Of a stretch of 64,000 nucleotides of DNA, positions 61,622 to 64,000 are shown one piece after another. The notes beneath the pieces were generated by a model, which saw only the letters and a list, made by a program, of their open reading frames with translations, made no database searches and had not been told where the DNA came from. Both the position numbers and the translations under genes were made by a program. The DNA is from Spirochaetia bacterium (lineage in GTDB: Bacteria > Spirochaetota > Spirochaetia > DSM-2461), in the NCBI GenBank assembly GCA_963668315.1, contig OY764216.1, forward strand, positions 3,328,001 through 3,392,000. The letters are read 5' to 3'. Position 1 is the stretch's first letter. Every line of letters starts with the position of its first letter.

Positions 61622-61889
61622 TGCTATGGACGAAGAGACAAAGGCAAGGCTGGCCGCTCTTGCCGACTTACCTGACTCTGAGATAGATACGAGCGATATC
61701 AAGGAATGGACCGATGAAGATTTCTCCCAGGCGGTTCCCTTTCATAATATCTATAAGCCCAAGAAGGAGCAGATAACGACCCGGATCGATTCGGATATCC
61801 TACTATGGCTCAAGAGTCATGGGAAGGGTTACCAGACGCTTCTGAATGATCTTCTGAGAAAGGAGATGATGATGGAGTGTAAGCGATAG
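61599..61889 (+). CDS. brnA: BrnA antitoxin
   Basis: IDTSDI.E..KP.KEQITTRIDSDIL.WLKS.GKGYQT..N..LR. Confidence 0.92.
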   Translation: MKQENGFSAMDEETKARLAALADLPDSEIDTSDIKEWTDEDFSQAVPFHNIYKPKKEQITTRIDSDILLWLKSHGKGYQTLLNDLLRKEMMMECKR

Positions 61890-61903
61890 TGTAAAATACT
61901 CTG

Positions 61904-62275
61904 TTAGGAGTTTGCTCTAATAAGGTCATCCAGTGTTTTGAGGATGGCCTTTTTTTTGGCTTCCGGAAGGGCTTCAATCTCTTTCATTCGTCGCATATAG
62001 CGCAAAGGTAATTCTTTTCTATAAGAAATATCGGAAAGGCCTAAAAGTTCGTCAGATGAAACCTGAAGGGCAATTGAGAATCCTTTTATCATTTCATCGT
62101 TAAGATGCAATCTTCCTCTTTCATAGTCGGTTACGAGTTTTTGACTGATGCCTATGATCTCTGCTAATTGTATCTGAGTTAATCCTCGCAGTTTTCTGAG
62201 AGTAGAGATTCTTTTCCCTATACTTATCTCGGGAGATTCATTTGAAAGAAGTTTAGTTTTCGCTACTTGTGGCAT
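61904..62275 (-). CDS. Xre-family HTH repressor
   Basis: RISTLRKLRGLTQIQLAEIIGISQ..VTDYERG; divergent from the replication operon. Confidence 0.9.
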   Translation of the reverse strand: MPQVAKTKLLSNESPEISIGKRISTLRKLRGLTQIQLAEIIGISQKLVTDYERGRLHLNDEMIKGFSIALQVSSDELLGLSDISYRKELPLRYMRRMKEIEALPEAKKKAILKTLDDLIRANS

Positions 62276-62297
62276 CTAGTCATAGTATATAATCTTA

Positions 62298-62326
62298 TTG
62301 ACGAATATACCATAATGGTATATAAT
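62298..62326 (+). promoter_or_regulatory. Near-consensus sigma70 promoter overlapped by a perfect 19-bp palindrome (putative Xre operator)
   Basis: TTGACG-17bp-TATAAT; ATATACCAT-A-ATGGTATAT at 62305-62323. Confidence 0.8.
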
Positions 62327-62503
62327 AGAGGCTAGTAATATACTTGACACGGTTTCGTTGAAATCGTAAAAAGCCCTGATTCTACAGTTTGGCGACCGGA
62401 ATCAGGGCTGACAAAAAAACACAGAGGAGGAATCCTCCATGCTCTTTTATTTTACCCGAAATCCTTTCCCCGGTCAAAAGGTTCCTCCTCAAAAGGAGTC
62501 CCT

Positions 62504-62776
62504 ATGGACCAACTATCCACCTGTGACCTGTACGAGGCGGGTTACTACCTTCTGAACCGCTGCACCCTCGAAGGTGTGGAGACCACCGAACTTGACGGAA
62601 AGCTCAGCTGCCGGCTGATTCTGGCCGGTGAAAACACCGGGGAGCTGCAGACCCTCTACTTCCACAACAAAGCCCAGGTTAACCTCTTTGACTTCCGCCG
62701 GATGTACTCCCACTTGAACAAGGTTCTTTACGAAGCGAAGAAAGTCTACAAGAAAGAGAAGGGGGTACAGGCATGA
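62504..62776 (+). CDS. Small hypothetical protein (DUF5659-like)
   Basis: RBS AAGGAG; TCDLYEAGYYLL motif; first gene of a coupled operon. Confidence 0.7.
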   Translation: MDQLSTCDLYEAGYYLLNRCTLEGVETTELDGKLSCRLILAGENTGELQTLYFHNKAQVNLFDFRRMYSHLNKVLYEAKKVYKKEKGVQA

Positions 62777-63042
62777 ACAACCCCGAAAACGACCGCCTGG
62801 TGACCTCCAACCTGGCCGAAGTCTGTTACCTTCTGGAAAACCACCATCGTCTGACCGGCGCGGAACTGGTCATGGGGAACATGGGAGCCGAGGAGATGCT
62901 TTTCACCCTTGAGGGAGAGAATATTCTGGTTTCCCGCCGTCTCTTCATGGGGGACACACGCGTCCGCCTGTCCAAGATACCCGCCACGCTGGATACAATC
63001 AGTGACTTTCTCTGGAAGCAGGTAGAGGAGGCGGAGCTATGA
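62773..63042 (+). CDS. Small hypothetical protein, probable distant paralog of the previous gene
   Basis: TSNLAEVCYLL..L.G.E parallels TCDLYEAGYYL..LEGVE; ATGA overlaps at both ends. Confidence 0.7.
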   Translation: MNNPENDRLVTSNLAEVCYLLENHHRLTGAELVMGNMGAEEMLFTLEGENILVSRRLFMGDTRVRLSKIPATLDTISDFLWKQVEEAEL

Positions 63043-63779
63043 AAATTGTTTTCTCCAACCAAAAAGGCGGTGTAGGCAAGACCACCAGCTGCCGGGAACT
63101 GGGTATCTCCCTTTCTCTCCAGGGCAAGAAAGTCCTCCTTGTCGATACGGACCCCCAGGGCAACCTCTCCAAGAGCCTGGCGTACAATGAAACAGGACTC
63201 TACGACGCGTTGACAGACGGTATGGTTATCATAGAGCCTATTTCGGAAACTCTCTCCCTTCTTTCCGGAGACATCCGCCTATCCCTCCTGGAAAAGAATC
63301 TTTTAGGTGAGATCGATGCTTACCAGCAACTCTCAGAGTTGTTTGAACTGGACTGCTTCCAGAAGTTCGACTTCATCCTGATAGACACTCCGCCGTCTTT
63401 GGGAATCCTGACTCTGAACGCCCTGGTCGCCTCGGACGCTCTGGTGATCCCTGTGAGCTGTAGAATGTACTCCCTTCAAGGGACTAACGACCTGATGAAC
63501 ACGGTGAGCAAGGTTCGGAAGAACCTGAACCCCGACCTGAAACTCCTCGGTGTCCTTATCAATGCCTTTGACCGGGTTCCGGTAATCATGAGGGAGATAA
63601 AGGAGGAGATAGAAAAGGCCTTTGGGGAAGCGGTCTTCTCCCAGGTGATCAGCAAGAGCGTTCGGGTGGAAGAAGCTATCGCCGGTAAGAAGGGAATTCT
63701 GGAACTCTCTACCCGTGATCGTATCAAGGAGGAGATTCAATTTTTGACCATGGAGCTGATTTCTCGGAGCCGTCTATGA
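63039..63779 (+). CDS. parA: ParA/Soj ATPase
   Basis: NQKGGVGKTT, DTDPQGN, IDTPPSLG. Confidence 0.93.
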   Translation: MKIVFSNQKGGVGKTTSCRELGISLSLQGKKVLLVDTDPQGNLSKSLAYNETGLYDALTDGMVIIEPISETLSLLSGDIRLSLLEKNLLGEIDAYQQLSELFELDCFQKFDFILIDTPPSLGILTLNALVASDALVIPVSCRMYSLQGTNDLMNTVSKVRKNLNPDLKLLGVLINAFDRVPVIMREIKEEIEKAFGEAVFSQVISKSVRVEEAIAGKKGILELSTRDRIKEEIQFLTMELISRSRL

Positions 63780-64000
63780 GCGCCCGCCTAAAAGAATCGA
63801 CTCTGAACGTGGGAGGCTTCCTTGATGAGTTCGAGAAGGACCAGGTCAAACGAGACGTGGATATCCTTTCCCTGTTCTCCTCCTTCGGGGTGAAGCTGGA
63901 AAGGAAGGGTAACAGTTATATGGGACTCTGTCCTTTCCATGATGACAAGAATCCCTCCCTTTCGGTGGACAAGGCCAAGGGCCTCTTTCACTGTTTCGGC
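63776..64000 (+). CDS. Second CHC2 primase-helicase, N-terminal part; runs off the right edge
   Basis: MSARLKESTLNVGGFLDEFEKDQVKRDVDI..GLCPFHDDKNPSLSVD..FHCFG; paralog of 54877. Confidence 0.9.
   Translation, partial: MSARLKESTLNVGGFLDEFEKDQVKRDVDILSLFSSFGVKLERKGNSYMGLCPFHDDKNPSLSVDKAKGLFHCFG

Overview
A heavily rearranged accessory region, probably from a spirochaete (weak inference from attC style and gene content). Left to right: (1) a partial SF1 helicase and decayed genes; (2) a 3' fragment of tRNA-Pro(GGG) that looks like an island att end; (3) an integrase-less integron array (CALIN) with 7 attC sites and 8 cassettes, several defence-like (two paralogous HsdR-N+2TM genes, an IS-split Mrr nuclease, a PIN-like protein, VapBC, DUF2971); (4) a stack of nested IS256, IS3 and IS481 elements, plus a 3182-bp TG..CA four-gene transposon present in 3 copies across the window; (5) a giant 2703-aa Ig-repeat protein coupled to a ~3430-aa signal-peptide Rhs toxin and its immunity gene; (6) tandem units of an integrative element (Xre, two small ORFs, ParA, CHC2 primase-helicase, iterons, a XerC/D-like pair). 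The first unit is bounded by a 62-bp direct repeat of the Rhs core/toxin junction, and each repeat copy is followed by a different toxin tip and immunity gene. This last arrangement is the best candidate for an undescribed system: a self-replicating satellite that swaps Rhs warheads. All calls come from reading motifs by eye; no database searches were run.
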